NCBI GenBank assembly: GCA_947589385.1
Contig: CANPZW010000003.1
Coordinates: forward strand, 50,878 to 114,877
Direction: 5' to 3'
DNA: 64,000 nucleotides
DNA from: an uncultured Clostridia bacterium
GTDB lineage: Bacteria > Bacillota > Clostridia > Christensenellales > Borkfalkiaceae
Shown here one piece after another: positions 27,777 through 37,094 of the stretch. Position 1 is the stretch's first letter, and every line of letters starts with the position of its first letter. The notes below the pieces were generated by a model. It ran no database searches. It saw only the letters and a list, made by a program, of their open reading frames with translations, and was not told the DNA's origin. The position numbers and the translations under genes were made by a program.

Positions 27777-28307
27777 TCATAATATTTTAGAAGTTCTTAA
27801 AATGTTCTTTTCAAACAGCCATTTATTGAACATAGTCGAAAAAATTGTTCTTAAATAGAAGCCAAAAGCCATAAAAAGCACGGCAGGGACGATTAAACCT
27901 AGAATAAGCGTTAAAATAAGCGTTATTACGTTTAAATTCAGATTAAACATAACTAATTGTACGAAAAGAAACACGGCGCAGTCTAAACATAGAGAACATA
28001 AAAAAAATAAAACGCAGGTCAAAATATAAATACCTTTATGTTTCGAAATAAATTGCCATACCAAAATATGTTTTTCCCGCCAGGGCAATTTTTTAAATAC
28101 GGTTAAATCACAGACCGAGCCGCCTATCAGATAATCCGCAGTTACGCCGAGCAATCCGCAAATCCTGCCCAAAGTCTGCAAATCCGGTTCCGAAGTGCCG
28201 CGCTCCCAGCGTGAAACCGCTTGTCTTGTTACATAAAGCTTTTCGGCAAGCTGTTCCTGCGTATAACCTTTATTTTTTCTCGCTTCTGTCAGTTTTTGTG
28301 AAAACAT
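27777..28307 (-). CDS. XRE-family HTH regulator with C-terminal transmembrane region
   Basis: The HTH is GYTQEQLAEKLYVTRQAVSRWERG. Three hydrophobic helices follow in the C-terminal half. Confidence 0.8.
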   Translation of the reverse strand: MFSQKLTEARKNKGYTQEQLAEKLYVTRQAVSRWERGTSEPDLQTLGRICGLLGVTADYLIGGSVCDLTVFKKLPWREKHILVWQFISKHKGIYILTCVLFFLCSLCLDCAVFLFVQLVMFNLNLNVITLILTLILGLIVPAVLFMAFGFYLRTIFSTMFNKWLFEKNILRTSKIL

Positions 28308-28363
28308 TTGCCACCTCTGAAAAGAATTATACTTTCATCGTCTTAAATTTTCAAGGAAAATAC

Positions 28364-28403
28364 AAAAAAATGCGGCGCAACCGTTTGTTGCGCCGCATTT
28401 TTA
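28364..28403. terminator. Bidirectional terminator (ends the yebC transcript)
   Basis: ATGCGGCGCAAC-cgttt-GTTGCGCCGCAT flanked by an A-run and a T-run. Confidence 0.85.
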
Positions 28404-28416
28404 TAATAGTTTACGA

Positions 28417-29154
28417 TTATTCTTCTTCGTCCTCAGGCAAATCAACGTTGTGATATACGTCCTGGACATCGTCCAGCTCGTTAAGTCTGTCGAGCATTTT
28501 AGTAAACTGTTCAAGTTTTTCGCCGTCGAGAGTAATATAATTCTGCGGAATCATCTTAATTTCCGCTTCAAGGAAAGTAACGCCCTTGCCCTCGAAGTAT
28601 TGACGGGCAGCCGACCACTTTTCAGGCGTTGTATAAACTTCATATACGTCCTCTTCGACGGTATAATCTTCGGCTTCGGCTTCAAGGCAGTATTCCATCA
28701 TAGTATCTTCGTCTAAGGAAACCGTCCTTTCAATCACAAAAATTCCTTTGTTATCGAACATGTATGAAACGCAGCCGGTATTGCCCATCTGACCGCCGCA
28801 CTTTGTCATTGCCGACCGTACGTCGCCTGCCGTTCTGTTTACGTTGTCCGTAAGCGTTTTTACTATTACCGCCGCGCCGCCCACGCCATAGCCTTCGTAG
28901 GTCAACTCCTTATATTCTTTACCTGCGAGTTCGCCCGCCGCCTTGGCTATCGAGCGTTTTATCGTATCATTGGGCATATTTGCGGCTTTCGCCTTGGCGA
29001 TTACGTCCGCAAGCTTTGAATTGGTTTCGGGGTTGGGATTATTTTTCGCCGCAACGGCGATTTCCCTGCCAAGTTTCGTAAACATTGCGCCGCGCGCAGC
29101 GTCCGTCTTGCCCTTTTTAGCCTGTATATTGTGCCATTTGGAATGTCCTGACAT
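28417..29154 (-). CDS. yebC: YebC/PmpR-family DNA-binding regulator
   Basis: MSGHSKWHNIQAKKGKTDAARG signature N-terminus. Confidence 0.93.
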   Translation of the reverse strand: MSGHSKWHNIQAKKGKTDAARGAMFTKLGREIAVAAKNNPNPETNSKLADVIAKAKAANMPNDTIKRSIAKAAGELAGKEYKELTYEGYGVGGAAVIVKTLTDNVNRTAGDVRSAMTKCGGQMGNTGCVSYMFDNKGIFVIERTVSLDEDTMMEYCLEAEAEDYTVEEDVYEVYTTPEKWSAARQYFEGKGVTFLEAEIKMIPQNYITLDGEKLEQFTKMLDRLNELDDVQDVYHNVDLPEDEEE

Positions 29155-29164
29155 ATTTTTTACC

Positions 29165-29890
29165 TCACTTAAACTCTTTTAAAACATACATTGCAATTCC
29201 CGCGGATACGGCTGCGTTAAGACTTTCGCAACTTTCCGACATGGGGATTCTGACCTTAAAATCCGCTTTTTTAATTATATCGCCGCAAATTCCCGAGCCC
29301 TCGTTGCCTATGCATAGACAAAATTTTTCGGGCGGACGGAATTTGAATATATTTTCCCCGTCCATGTCCGCGCAAACCAGCGAAACGCCTTTGAGCGCCG
29401 AAAAAATTTCAGTTTCCGAGCCTTGGTAAATTTCGGTGAAGAAAATTCCGCTCATACTCGCGCGCACGGCTTTGGGCGAATACGGGTCGGTACAGCCTAT
29501 CATATAAATTTCCCTGTAACCCGCCCCATTCGCAGTTCTTATTATTGTGCCTAAATTGCCCGGGTCTTGCAGTCTGTCGAGAAGAATACAACTTCCGGAA
29601 GGCGCTTTTAACTGCGTTTGGGGAATTTTTACGGTTGCTATAACGCCCTGCGGCGTCTTTTCGGAGGAAATGAACGAGAAAACATCCTCGCTGACGACAG
29701 TCGGGCCGACAAAATTCTCCGCAAGTTTTTCGGTACATATTACCAAATCTACTTCGCAGCCTGCGGCTATACATTCTGTTACGGGCTTTATGCCCTCGAC
29801 AAGATACAGACCGCTTTCTTTTCTGAATTTTTTATCGTTAAGCTTGGAAATTGCCTTGATTTTAGGGTTGGATTTCGACGTTATAACCAT
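29165..29890 (-). CDS. TrmH/SpoU-family RNA 2'-O-methyltransferase
   Basis: SPOUT motifs LQDPGNLGTIIRTANGAG, GNEGSG and ESLNAAVSAGI. Confidence 0.85.
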   Translation of the reverse strand: MVITSKSNPKIKAISKLNDKKFRKESGLYLVEGIKPVTECIAAGCEVDLVICTEKLAENFVGPTVVSEDVFSFISSEKTPQGVIATVKIPQTQLKAPSGSCILLDRLQDPGNLGTIIRTANGAGYREIYMIGCTDPYSPKAVRASMSGIFFTEIYQGSETEIFSALKGVSLVCADMDGENIFKFRPPEKFCLCIGNEGSGICGDIIKKADFKVRIPMSESCESLNAAVSAGIAMYVLKEFK

Positions 29891-29920
29891 AAAAAATTAA
29901 GCCTTTTTTAAAAGGCTTAA
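29891..29920 (-). terminator. Intrinsic terminator after rplT
   Basis: TTAAGCCTTTT-aa-AAAAGGCTTAA followed by TTTTTT on the minus strand. Confidence 0.8.
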
Positions 29921-29928
29921 AATTCGAC

Positions 29929-30279
29929 TTATAATGCCTGTTTAGCCTTTTCGGCAAGAGCCGCAAATGCCTGGGCGTCGTTTACGGCAAGGTCGGCAAG
30001 AACCTTTCTGTTAAGCGTTATGCCGGCGGTTTTAAGTCCGTGCATAAGTTTGGAATATGAAAGTCCGTTGACTCTTGCAGCCGCATTGATACGCGCAATC
30101 CACAGGCTGCGCATGTCGCGTTTACGAAGTCTTCTGCCTATAAAAGCATAGTTTAAGGACTTCATGACTGCCTGGCGGGCAATTCTGTAATTTTTGGATT
30201 TACATCCGCGGTAGCCCTTTGCAAGGCGTAATATCTTTCTGCGCTTCTTTAAAGCGTTTACTGTTCTCTTAATACGCAT
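29929..30279 (-). CDS. rplT: 50S ribosomal protein L20
   Basis: [25 protein letters not shown]. Confidence 0.97.
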   Translation of the reverse strand: MRIKRTVNALKKRRKILRLAKGYRGCKSKNYRIARQAVMKSLNYAFIGRRLRKRDMRSLWIARINAAARVNGLSYSKLMHGLKTAGITLNRKVLADLAVNDAQAFAALAEKAKQAL

Positions 30280-30293
30280 TTTTCAGTCCTCCA

Positions 30294-30494
30294 TCAATCC
30301 TTATAGGGAATCATCGCTTTTACGTTAGATTCCGTAGCTTTGGAAACAAGCGTATTTTTACGCAAATTTCTCTTTCTCTTTCTGTTTTTGGTTTCAGCCT
30401 TGTGGTTTTTGCCGCCGTGAGGTCTTTTTACCTTGCCCGTGGCGGTAAGCCAGAAACGCTTTTTACTGCCGCTGTGTGATTTCTGCTTAGGCAT
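30294..30494 (-). CDS. rpmI: 50S ribosomal protein L35
   Basis: MPKQKSHSGSKKRF. Length is 66 aa. Confidence 0.95.
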   Translation of the reverse strand: MPKQKSHSGSKKRFWLTATGKVKRPHGGKNHKAETKNRKRKRNLRKNTLVSKATESNVKAMIPYKD

Positions 30495-30524
30495 TTATTT
30501 GTCCTCCAAATGATATTTTACAAA

Positions 30525-31043
30525 TTAAGATTTTGCGGGCGAAAGCATCATAATGATATTCCTGCCCTCGGTAGTAGGTTTTTTGTCCTGCACCGCTTTG
30601 CCGCCGAGCCCCTCGAAAAAGTCCTGCATTACCTTTACGCCTTGGTAGGAGCGCGCGTTTTCACGCCCTTTCATCCTTATGGAAACTTTGATTTTGTTCC
30701 CCGCTTCAAGGAATTTCAGACATTGCTTGGTTTTGACGGCGATGTCGCCCACGTCGATTGTCATGGAAAGCCTTATTTCCTTGATTTCGACGATAGTCTG
30801 ATTTTTACGGTTTTCTTTTTCGCGTTTTGACTGCTCGTACTTGAACTTGGAATAATCCATAATTTTACATACGGGCGGAATAGCGTTGGGTGAAATTTTC
30901 ACAAGGTCCAACTCCTGGTCGTCGGCAAGCCGTTGCGCCTGTGCGCTTGACATAACGCCTATCATCTGACCGTCGCTGCCGATTACCCTTACTTCCCTGT
31001 CGCGTATCGCTTCGTTTACGGAATATAAATCTTTTATAATCAA
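30525..31043 (-). CDS. infC: Translation initiation factor IF-3
   Basis: INEAIRDREVRVIG..DLVKISPNA. The first three codons are TTG-ATT-ATA directly after GAGG, so the true start is probably ATT (31040) or ATA (31037). Confidence 0.93.
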   Translation of the reverse strand: MIIKDLYSVNEAIRDREVRVIGSDGQMIGVMSSAQAQRLADDQELDLVKISPNAIPPVCKIMDYSKFKYEQSKREKENRKNQTIVEIKEIRLSMTIDVGDIAVKTKQCLKFLEAGNKIKVSIRMKGRENARSYQGVKVMQDFFEGLGGKAVQDKKPTTEGRNIIMMLSPAKS

Positions 31044-31067
31044 TACCTCTTAAAACGTTTTACCCGT

Positions 31068-31218
31068 AAAAAAATCGGGCTGCAAAAGCAACCCGAAATA
31101 ATGCAAAGCACAAAAATGCCATTTAACACATTATTTTGCCGGACAAAACTTCCGTACGGCGAAAGGGGTTACCTTTACTTGACTTTAATATATTACGCCT
31201 TTATCAGGCTTTTGTCAA
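31068..31218 (-). promoter_or_regulatory. infC operon promoter plus ~115-nt leader ending in a terminator (L20-leader-type attenuator candidate)
   Basis: TTGACA (31218-31213)-N17-TAATAT (31195-31190). The terminator TCGGGTTGC-tttt-GCAGCCCGA plus T7 (31096-31068) lies only ~25 nt before infC. Confidence 0.45.
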
Positions 31219-31228
31219 ACGATTTTCA

Positions 31229-33184
31229 TTAGAAAATGGTCTTTTTTGCTATTTCAAGCACAACTTTTGAAACAAACTCGTCAAATTTAACCGTTTCTTT
31301 TTCTTCTACGCCGCGTTTATTTACGTTTACGGTGCCTTCTTCCGCTTCTTTATCGCCCACAACCAGCACATAAGGAATTTTATCCATTTTGGCTTCGCGA
31401 ATCTTATAGCCTATCTTTTCGTTGCGCCTGTCAACTTCAACGCGCACGCCGAGATTTTGCAATTTTTCTGCGATTTCTTCCGCATATCCGAGAGTTCTGT
31501 CCGTTATAGGCAAAACTTTGACTTGCGTAGGGCACATCCACAGGGGGAACGCGCCAGCATATTTTTCGATAAGGAATGCCAGCGTTCTTTCATAGCAGCC
31601 TATTGAACTGCGGTGAATGACGTAAGGCGTCTGCTTCGTTCCGTCAACGTCAACGTACTGCATTTCGAAACTTTGCCCCGCGGCAAAATCGATTTGGATT
31701 GTTATAAGCGTATCCTCTTTGCCGTGCACGTTTTTAATCTGCACGTCGAGTTTTGGTCCGTAAAATGCCGCCTCGTCGTCCGCCTCGACATAATCAAGTT
31801 TCAAATCGTCGAGGATTTTTTTCATCATAGCTTCGGTATTGTTCCAGGCTTCGTCGTTATCTATATATTTATCCGACTTTGACGCGCCGCGCTTGGAAAA
31901 CCGGAAAGTTACGTCGTTTCTCATTCCGAGGGCGTCGAGGAGATAGTAGCTTAAATCGAGACAGCGTTTAAATTCGTCCTCGACCTGCTCTTTTGTACAG
32001 ATAATATGCCCGTCCGAGAGAGTAAACTGTCTTACGCGGATAAGCCCGTGCATTTCGCCCGAAGCTTCCTTTCTGAATTCGGTAGCCGTTTCGGAATAGC
32101 GGCAGGGCAAGTCGCGGTAGCTCTTCAATCCGTTTTTGTAAATCTGGTATTGGAACGGGCAGGTCATAGGGCGCAAAGCCATAATTTCATCGCCGTTTTT
32201 GCTTTCGCCTTTGTCGTCGATTTCGCCCAAAATAAACATCTTGTCGCGGTAGTGGTTCCAATGCCCCGATATTTTATAGAGGTCGGACTTCGCCATAAGC
32301 GGAGTTTTGGTTATCTGGAAACCGCGTTTTTCCTCCTCGTCCTCGACGAATCGGGAAAGAATCTGAATCATTTTGGCGCCCTTCGGCATAAGAATGGGCA
32401 AGCCCTGCCCTATTACGTCCGAAGTCATAAATATGCCCAAATCGCGCCCGATTTTATTGTGGTCGCGCTTTTTTGCCTCTTCAACGGCAACAAGGTATTC
32501 ATCAAGCTGAGCCTTCTTTTCGAACGCCGTGCCGTAGATTCTGGCAAGCATCTTGTTTTTCTCGTTGCCGCGCCAATACGCGCCCGTAAGCGACGTGAGC
32601 TTAAACGCTTTGATTTTACCCGTGTTGGGCAGGTGAGGACCACGGCAGAGGTCTGTAAAAGAGCCCTGCTTATAGAAAGAAATTACGGCGTCCTCCGGCA
32701 AATCGTTTATAAGTTCAACCTTATATTTTTCGCCGTATTCCTGCATCAGTTTAAGCGCTTCCTCGCGCGGGAGCTCGAACCGCTGTATGGGGGTTTTGGA
32801 TTTAATGATTTTCTCCATCTCCATTTCGATTTTGGGGAAATCATCCTGCGTTATCGGGGTTTTAAAGTCAATATCGTAATAAAAACCGTTGTCGATTACA
32901 GGTCCTATCGCAAGGTTGCAGGTAGGATAAATATTTTTTACCGCCTGGGCGAGCACATGCGCGCAGGTATGGCGATAAACTTCAAGTCCCTCTTTATCTT
33001 TCAACGTAACGATTTCAAGCGAATCGCCGTCGTTCAGCGTAGCTGCAAGGTCGCAAAGTTTTCCGTTGATTTTTGCGGCGACAGCGTTTCTCGAAAGCGC
33101 TTCGCTTATCTTCGCCGCGGCGTCTGAACATGTAGCGCCGTTATCAAGTTGAATTTTTTCGCCGTTTTTAAGTAAAATTTCCAT
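31229..33184 (-). CDS. thrS: Threonyl-tRNA synthetase
   Basis: TGS domain, editing domain (HTCAHVLAQA), class II core. Length is 651 aa. Confidence 0.97.
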   Translation of the reverse strand: MEILLKNGEKIQLDNGATCSDAAAKISEALSRNAVAAKINGKLCDLAATLNDGDSLEIVTLKDKEGLEVYRHTCAHVLAQAVKNIYPTCNLAIGPVIDNGFYYDIDFKTPITQDDFPKIEMEMEKIIKSKTPIQRFELPREEALKLMQEYGEKYKVELINDLPEDAVISFYKQGSFTDLCRGPHLPNTGKIKAFKLTSLTGAYWRGNEKNKMLARIYGTAFEKKAQLDEYLVAVEEAKKRDHNKIGRDLGIFMTSDVIGQGLPILMPKGAKMIQILSRFVEDEEEKRGFQITKTPLMAKSDLYKISGHWNHYRDKMFILGEIDDKGESKNGDEIMALRPMTCPFQYQIYKNGLKSYRDLPCRYSETATEFRKEASGEMHGLIRVRQFTLSDGHIICTKEQVEDEFKRCLDLSYYLLDALGMRNDVTFRFSKRGASKSDKYIDNDEAWNNTEAMMKKILDDLKLDYVEADDEAAFYGPKLDVQIKNVHGKEDTLITIQIDFAAGQSFEMQYVDVDGTKQTPYVIHRSSIGCYERTLAFLIEKYAGAFPLWMCPTQVKVLPITDRTLGYAEEIAEKLQNLGVRVEVDRRNEKIGYKIREAKMDKIPYVLVVGDKEAEEGTVNVNKRGVEEKETVKFDEFVSKVVLEIAKKTIF

Positions 33185-33196
33185 AAAACCTCCAAT

Positions 33197-33400
33197 AAAA
33201 AAATCCTTAAACGAAAAAATTATCGTTTAAGGACGCAAATAACGATTTTTGCGCGGTTCCACCTTAATTGCTTTAAAAAGCCGCTTTTATCGCCCGAATG
33301 TTTACGAAAGCGGTTTCCCGTTCTCTCCGGAATTATGCGCTTCCCAGCTGCCGCGCACTCTCTGAAAATTCCTCGGCGGTACTTGTCTTTCATTCAAGCA
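33197..33400 (-). promoter_or_regulatory. T-box leader (Thr, specifier ACC) controlling thrS
   Basis: On the minus strand: AGAGAG bulge, GAA-ACC-G specifier context, and T-box sequence AATTAAGGTGGAACCGCG (33269-33252). Terminator is TCCTTAAACGA-n9-TCGTTTAAGGA plus T7 (33234-33197). Promoter is TTGACA-N17-TAAAAT at 33435-33407. Confidence 0.85.
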
Positions 33401-33464
33401 AGGCTTATTTTAATACAATATCGGGCATTTGTCAAGAAGTTTAAAAGGTTTACGCCGAAATTAT

Positions 33465-33493
33465 TTGCCATTTGTCATATAAATCTGTATAAT
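33465..33493 (+). promoter_or_regulatory. leuS promoter (TTGCCA-N17-TATAAT)
   Basis: Hexamers and spacing read directly, ~32 nt upstream of the leuS ATG. Confidence 0.6.
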
Positions 33494-33525
33494 TGATTTG
33501 AATTATATTTATAAGGTAAAGAAAT

Positions 33526-35934
33526 ATGGCTTATACGACCTTCAACGAAGTTGAAAAAAAATGGAGCGGATATTGGGAAGAACATAAGACCTTCCATACC
33601 GACCTGCACGACTTTTCAAAACCCAAATATTACGTGCTTGATATGTTCCCCTATCCTTCGGGCGCGGGACTGCACGTAGGTCACCCCGAGGGCTACACGG
33701 CGACAGACATTCTTGCCAGAATGAAGAGAATGCAAGGCTTTAACGTGCTTCACCCGATAGGCTTTGACAGTTTCGGTCTGCCCGCCGAGCAGTACGCCAT
33801 AAGAACGGGCAGAAATCCCGACGGTTTCACTCAGGAAAACATTAAGACGTTTACCGCGCAGCTTAAAATGCTGGGGCTTTCATACGATTGGGACCAGACC
33901 ATTTCCACCTGCGACCCCTCATATTATAAATGGACGCAATGGATTTTCAAGCGTTTATACGAAGCGGGGCTTGCAAGATACGTGGAAACGCCCGTAAACT
34001 GGTGCGAGGAACTCGGCACGGTGCTTGCAAACGATGAAATCATCGACGGAAAAAGCGAGCGCGGCGGCTATCCCGTTGTCCGCAAAAATATGAAGCAATG
34101 GGTCATCGACATAAATAAGTATGCCGAAAGATTGTTGGAAGGGCTTGAAGAACTTGATTGGCCCGAAGCTTCGAAAGTCGCCCAAAGGAATTGGATTGGA
34201 AAGTCCGTCGGCGCGAACGTAGATTTCAAGGTTGACGGCACAGACAAAAAATTCACCGTTTTCACCACCCGTTGCGACACTCTTTTCGGCGCAACTTACT
34301 GCGTGCTTGCGCCCGAACACAAGCTTGTCGGGGAAATAACTACGCCCGATAAGCGCGCCGAAGTCGAGGCATATAAGAAGGTTTGCGCAAGCAAATCCGA
34401 CCTCGAACGCACCGAACTCAACAAGGAAAAAACGGGCGCTTTTACAGGCGCGTACGCCGTAAATCCCGTCAACGGCGCTAAAATCCCCATTTATATTTCA
34501 GACTACGTGCTTACCTCTTACGGAACGGGCGCGATTATGGCAGTCCCCGCGCACGACCAGCGCGACTATGAATTTGCAAAAAAATTCAATATTCCAATCA
34601 TTCAGGTACTCGACGGCGGCGACATATCAAAAGAAGCCTGGACGCAGGACGGACTTCATATAAATTCCGGCTTTTTGGACGGACTGAACAAGCAACAGGC
34701 AATAGACAAAATGGCAAAATGGCTGGAAGAACGCGGCTGCGGCAAAAAAACCGTGACATACAAGCTGCGCGAATGGATTTTCGCCCGCCAAAGGTATTGG
34801 GGCGAACCACTTCCCGTAATTCACCTTGAAAACGGTGAAATCGCGCTTTTGGACGACAGTCAGCTCCCCCTCGTCCTTCCGCCCATGACGGACTATAAGG
34901 CGCACGGCGGAAACGCTCCTCTTGAAAACGCAAAGGAATGGGTGAACGTAGAAGTCGGCGGAATCAAAGGCAAGCGCGAAACCACTACAATGCCGGGCTC
35001 TGCGGGTTCAAGCTGGTATTTCTTGCGCTACTGCGACCCCCATAACGATAAGGAATTTGCAAATTACGAACTTTTGAAACATTGGCTGCCCGTCGATTTC
35101 TATCTCGGCGGCAAGGAACACCTTGTCGGTCACCTTTTGTACTCGCGTTTCTTTATGAACTTTCTCTACGACAAGGGCTACGTTCCGTATAAAGAGCCGT
35201 TCAAAAAATTGTTCCACCAGGGAATGATTTTGGGCGAGGACGGCAACAAAATGTCCAAAAGTTGCGGCAACGTAATTAATCCCAACGATATCGTGCGCGA
35301 CTACGGCGCGGACGTTATGAGAATGTACGAAATGTTTATGGGTCCCGTTCAGGACACAAAGCCGTGGAACACCGCCAATATCGAGGGCGTAAAGAAATTC
35401 ATAGATAAAATTTACCGCATTTACTGCGAAAGCGATTCAATATCCCCCGCCCCCAACAAAAATCTCGAAAAAATCTATAACCAAACAGTCAAAAAAGTTA
35501 CGGAAGATTACGAGGCTATGAAAATCAACACGGCGATTTCGCAGATGATGATTTTCTTTAACGCTGTCGGCAAAGAGCTTTCCGAAGGCAGAAAAATGCC
35601 AAAAGATTACGCCGAAGGGCTTATAAAATTGCTCAATCCGATAATCCCCTTCCTTACCGAAGAAATCTGGAATACAGTTTTGGGGCACAACGGCACTATC
35701 GCATACGAAAGCTGGCCTGCGTTCGACCCCGCAAAATGCGGCGAGGACGACTTCGAATACGCCGTGCAGATAAACAGCAAAATCAAGGCGAAAATAGTAT
35801 TACCCGCCGATATGCCCGCCGCCGAAATAGAAAAAACGGTTAAAGCCCATGCGGACATTGCTCCCCTTATCGAAGGAAAACAAATCAAAAAATTCATTTT
35901 CGTTCCCAAACGGCTTATTAACATTATCATATAA
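33526..35934 (+). CDS. leuS: Leucyl-tRNA synthetase
   Basis: HVGHPEGY (HIGH) and KMSKS motifs. Length is 802 aa. Confidence 0.97.
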   Translation: MAYTTFNEVEKKWSGYWEEHKTFHTDLHDFSKPKYYVLDMFPYPSGAGLHVGHPEGYTATDILARMKRMQGFNVLHPIGFDSFGLPAEQYAIRTGRNPDGFTQENIKTFTAQLKMLGLSYDWDQTISTCDPSYYKWTQWIFKRLYEAGLARYVETPVNWCEELGTVLANDEIIDGKSERGGYPVVRKNMKQWVIDINKYAERLLEGLEELDWPEASKVAQRNWIGKSVGANVDFKVDGTDKKFTVFTTRCDTLFGATYCVLAPEHKLVGEITTPDKRAEVEAYKKVCASKSDLERTELNKEKTGAFTGAYAVNPVNGAKIPIYISDYVLTSYGTGAIMAVPAHDQRDYEFAKKFNIPIIQVLDGGDISKEAWTQDGLHINSGFLDGLNKQQAIDKMAKWLEERGCGKKTVTYKLREWIFARQRYWGEPLPVIHLENGEIALLDDSQLPLVLPPMTDYKAHGGNAPLENAKEWVNVEVGGIKGKRETTTMPGSAGSSWYFLRYCDPHNDKEFANYELLKHWLPVDFYLGGKEHLVGHLLYSRFFMNFLYDKGYVPYKEPFKKLFHQGMILGEDGNKMSKSCGNVINPNDIVRDYGADVMRMYEMFMGPVQDTKPWNTANIEGVKKFIDKIYRIYCESDSISPAPNKNLEKIYNQTVKKVTEDYEAMKINTAISQMMIFFNAVGKELSEGRKMPKDYAEGLIKLLNPIIPFLTEEIWNTVLGHNGTIAYESWPAFDPAKCGEDDFEYAVQINSKIKAKIVLPADMPAAEIEKTVKAHADIAPLIEGKQIKKFIFVPKRLINIII

Positions 35935-35955
35935 TATATAGATACATTATTATTT

Positions 35956-35989
35956 AAAAATCCCCGCGCGGCGCGCGGGGATTTTAGTT
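35956..35989. terminator. Bidirectional terminator between leuS and the TM2 gene
   Basis: AAAATCCCCGCGCG/CGCGCGGGGATTTT GC-rich palindrome flanked by A and T runs. Confidence 0.85.
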
Positions 35990-35997
35990 TTATTAAA

Positions 35998-36372
35998 TCA
36001 AACTTCATACGGGTCGGGTTTACCGAGAATTACGAATAAATCGATAAACCAACCGATGGCAAACAGCCCCATTGTAAACATATAAAGAATACCCAACCCG
36101 CTCTTTCCTTCGTAGAATTTATGTACGCCCAGCCAACCCAACGTCAGACACAACGCGAACGAAGCCCATTTGCTCACTGTTTTAGTACCTTTCCCGCCCT
36201 TTGCCGTGCTGCTTGAAGCTGCCGAAGCCGCCGAATTTGCAACGTTGTTTATTACAATATTCTCTTTGCCCGACGCGCCCAAATTTTCCACCTGCCGTCC
36301 GCACTTGGTACATACTACGGCGTCAAACGGTATTTTTTCACCGCAAAATTTGCAAAATTTAGTTTCTTCCAT
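35998..36372 (-). CDS. Zinc-ribbon plus TM2-domain membrane protein
   Basis: N-terminal CKFCG..CTKCG zinc ribbon. C-terminal TM2 signature (LGWLGVHKFYEGK..GWFIDLF). Confidence 0.8.
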   Translation of the reverse strand: MEETKFCKFCGEKIPFDAVVCTKCGRQVENLGASGKENIVINNVANSAASAASSSTAKGGKGTKTVSKWASFALCLTLGWLGVHKFYEGKSGLGILYMFTMGLFAIGWFIDLFVILGKPDPYEV

Positions 36373-36407
36373 ATTTAATCTCCTTTGTTGCCATATAAAT
36401 TATTGTA

Positions 36408-36456
36408 TTCTAATTATAATTAGAAGTCAAGTAAAACATACTAATTATCGTTAGAA
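36408..36456. promoter_or_regulatory. Operator-like palindromes in the divergent TM2/XRE intergenic region
   Basis: Perfect 18-bp palindrome TTCTAATTATAATTAGAA (36408-36425). A 15/18 copy TACTAATTATCGTTAGAA is at 36439-36456. Confidence 0.6.
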
Positions 36457-36463
36457 TTTTTTT

Positions 36464-36691
36464 GTGAATGAATTTAGCAGAAATGTTTTAGGGGAAAGAT
36501 TAAAAGCTCTGCGGGCAGAAAAAAATATCGGTCAAAATCTTTTGGCAAAAGAATTGGGTTTATCCAACGCATCTATAAGCTATTGGGAAACGGGCAAGCA
36601 AGAACCTACCGCGGAAGCCATTTTTAAACTTGCAAAATATTTTAACGTATCTTCCGATTACATTCTCGGACTTACCGACGACTGGCAATAA
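36464..36691 (+). CDS. XRE-family HTH transcriptional regulator (75 aa)
   Basis: The HTH is IGQNLLAKELGLSNASISYWETGKQEP. GTG start. Confidence 0.8.
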   Translation: MNEFSRNVLGERLKALRAEKNIGQNLLAKELGLSNASISYWETGKQEPTAEAIFKLAKYFNVSSDYILGLTDDWQ

Positions 36692-36756
36692 CGTCATTGC
36701 TTCATTATGGGGCGGCAAATTAAAATTTGCCGCCCCATAAAAATAAATTTGCGTAA

Positions 36757-36786
36757 ACAAAAAGGCGGCTTATGCCGCCTTTTTAA
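36757..36786. terminator. Bidirectional terminator (XRE gene / acpP)
   Basis: AAAAGGCGGC-ttat-GCCGCCTTTT. Confidence 0.85.
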
Positions 36787-36814
36787 TACTAAATTTCAAT
36801 ATTTTTACCGAATT

Positions 36815-37036
36815 TTATAAAGCTTCAAGCATATTTACCACGTCGCCCACAGTTTTAAGGTCGGTGACCTTGTCCTCGGGAATTGTTTTGCCCGTGTTGT
36901 CTTCAAGAGTCATCAACAGCTCTACGACGTCAAGAGAATCGGCGCCGAGGTCCTTAACAATATCGCTTTCCATAGTGATTTTGGATTGGGGTATGCCAAG
37001 CTGTTCGGCAAGTATTTTTGCAATTTCTTCAAACAT
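36815..37036 (-). CDS. acpP: Acyl carrier protein
   Basis: LGADSLDVVELLM phosphopantetheine-attachment motif. Length is 73 aa. Confidence 0.9.
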   Translation of the reverse strand: MFEEIAKILAEQLGIPQSKITMESDIVKDLGADSLDVVELLMTLEDNTGKTIPEDKVTDLKTVGDVVNMLEAL

Positions 37037-37094
37037 TCAGGGAATCCTCCTATATTTACCGAAATTTTACTACTTTTTTAGTCATTTTGTCAAG

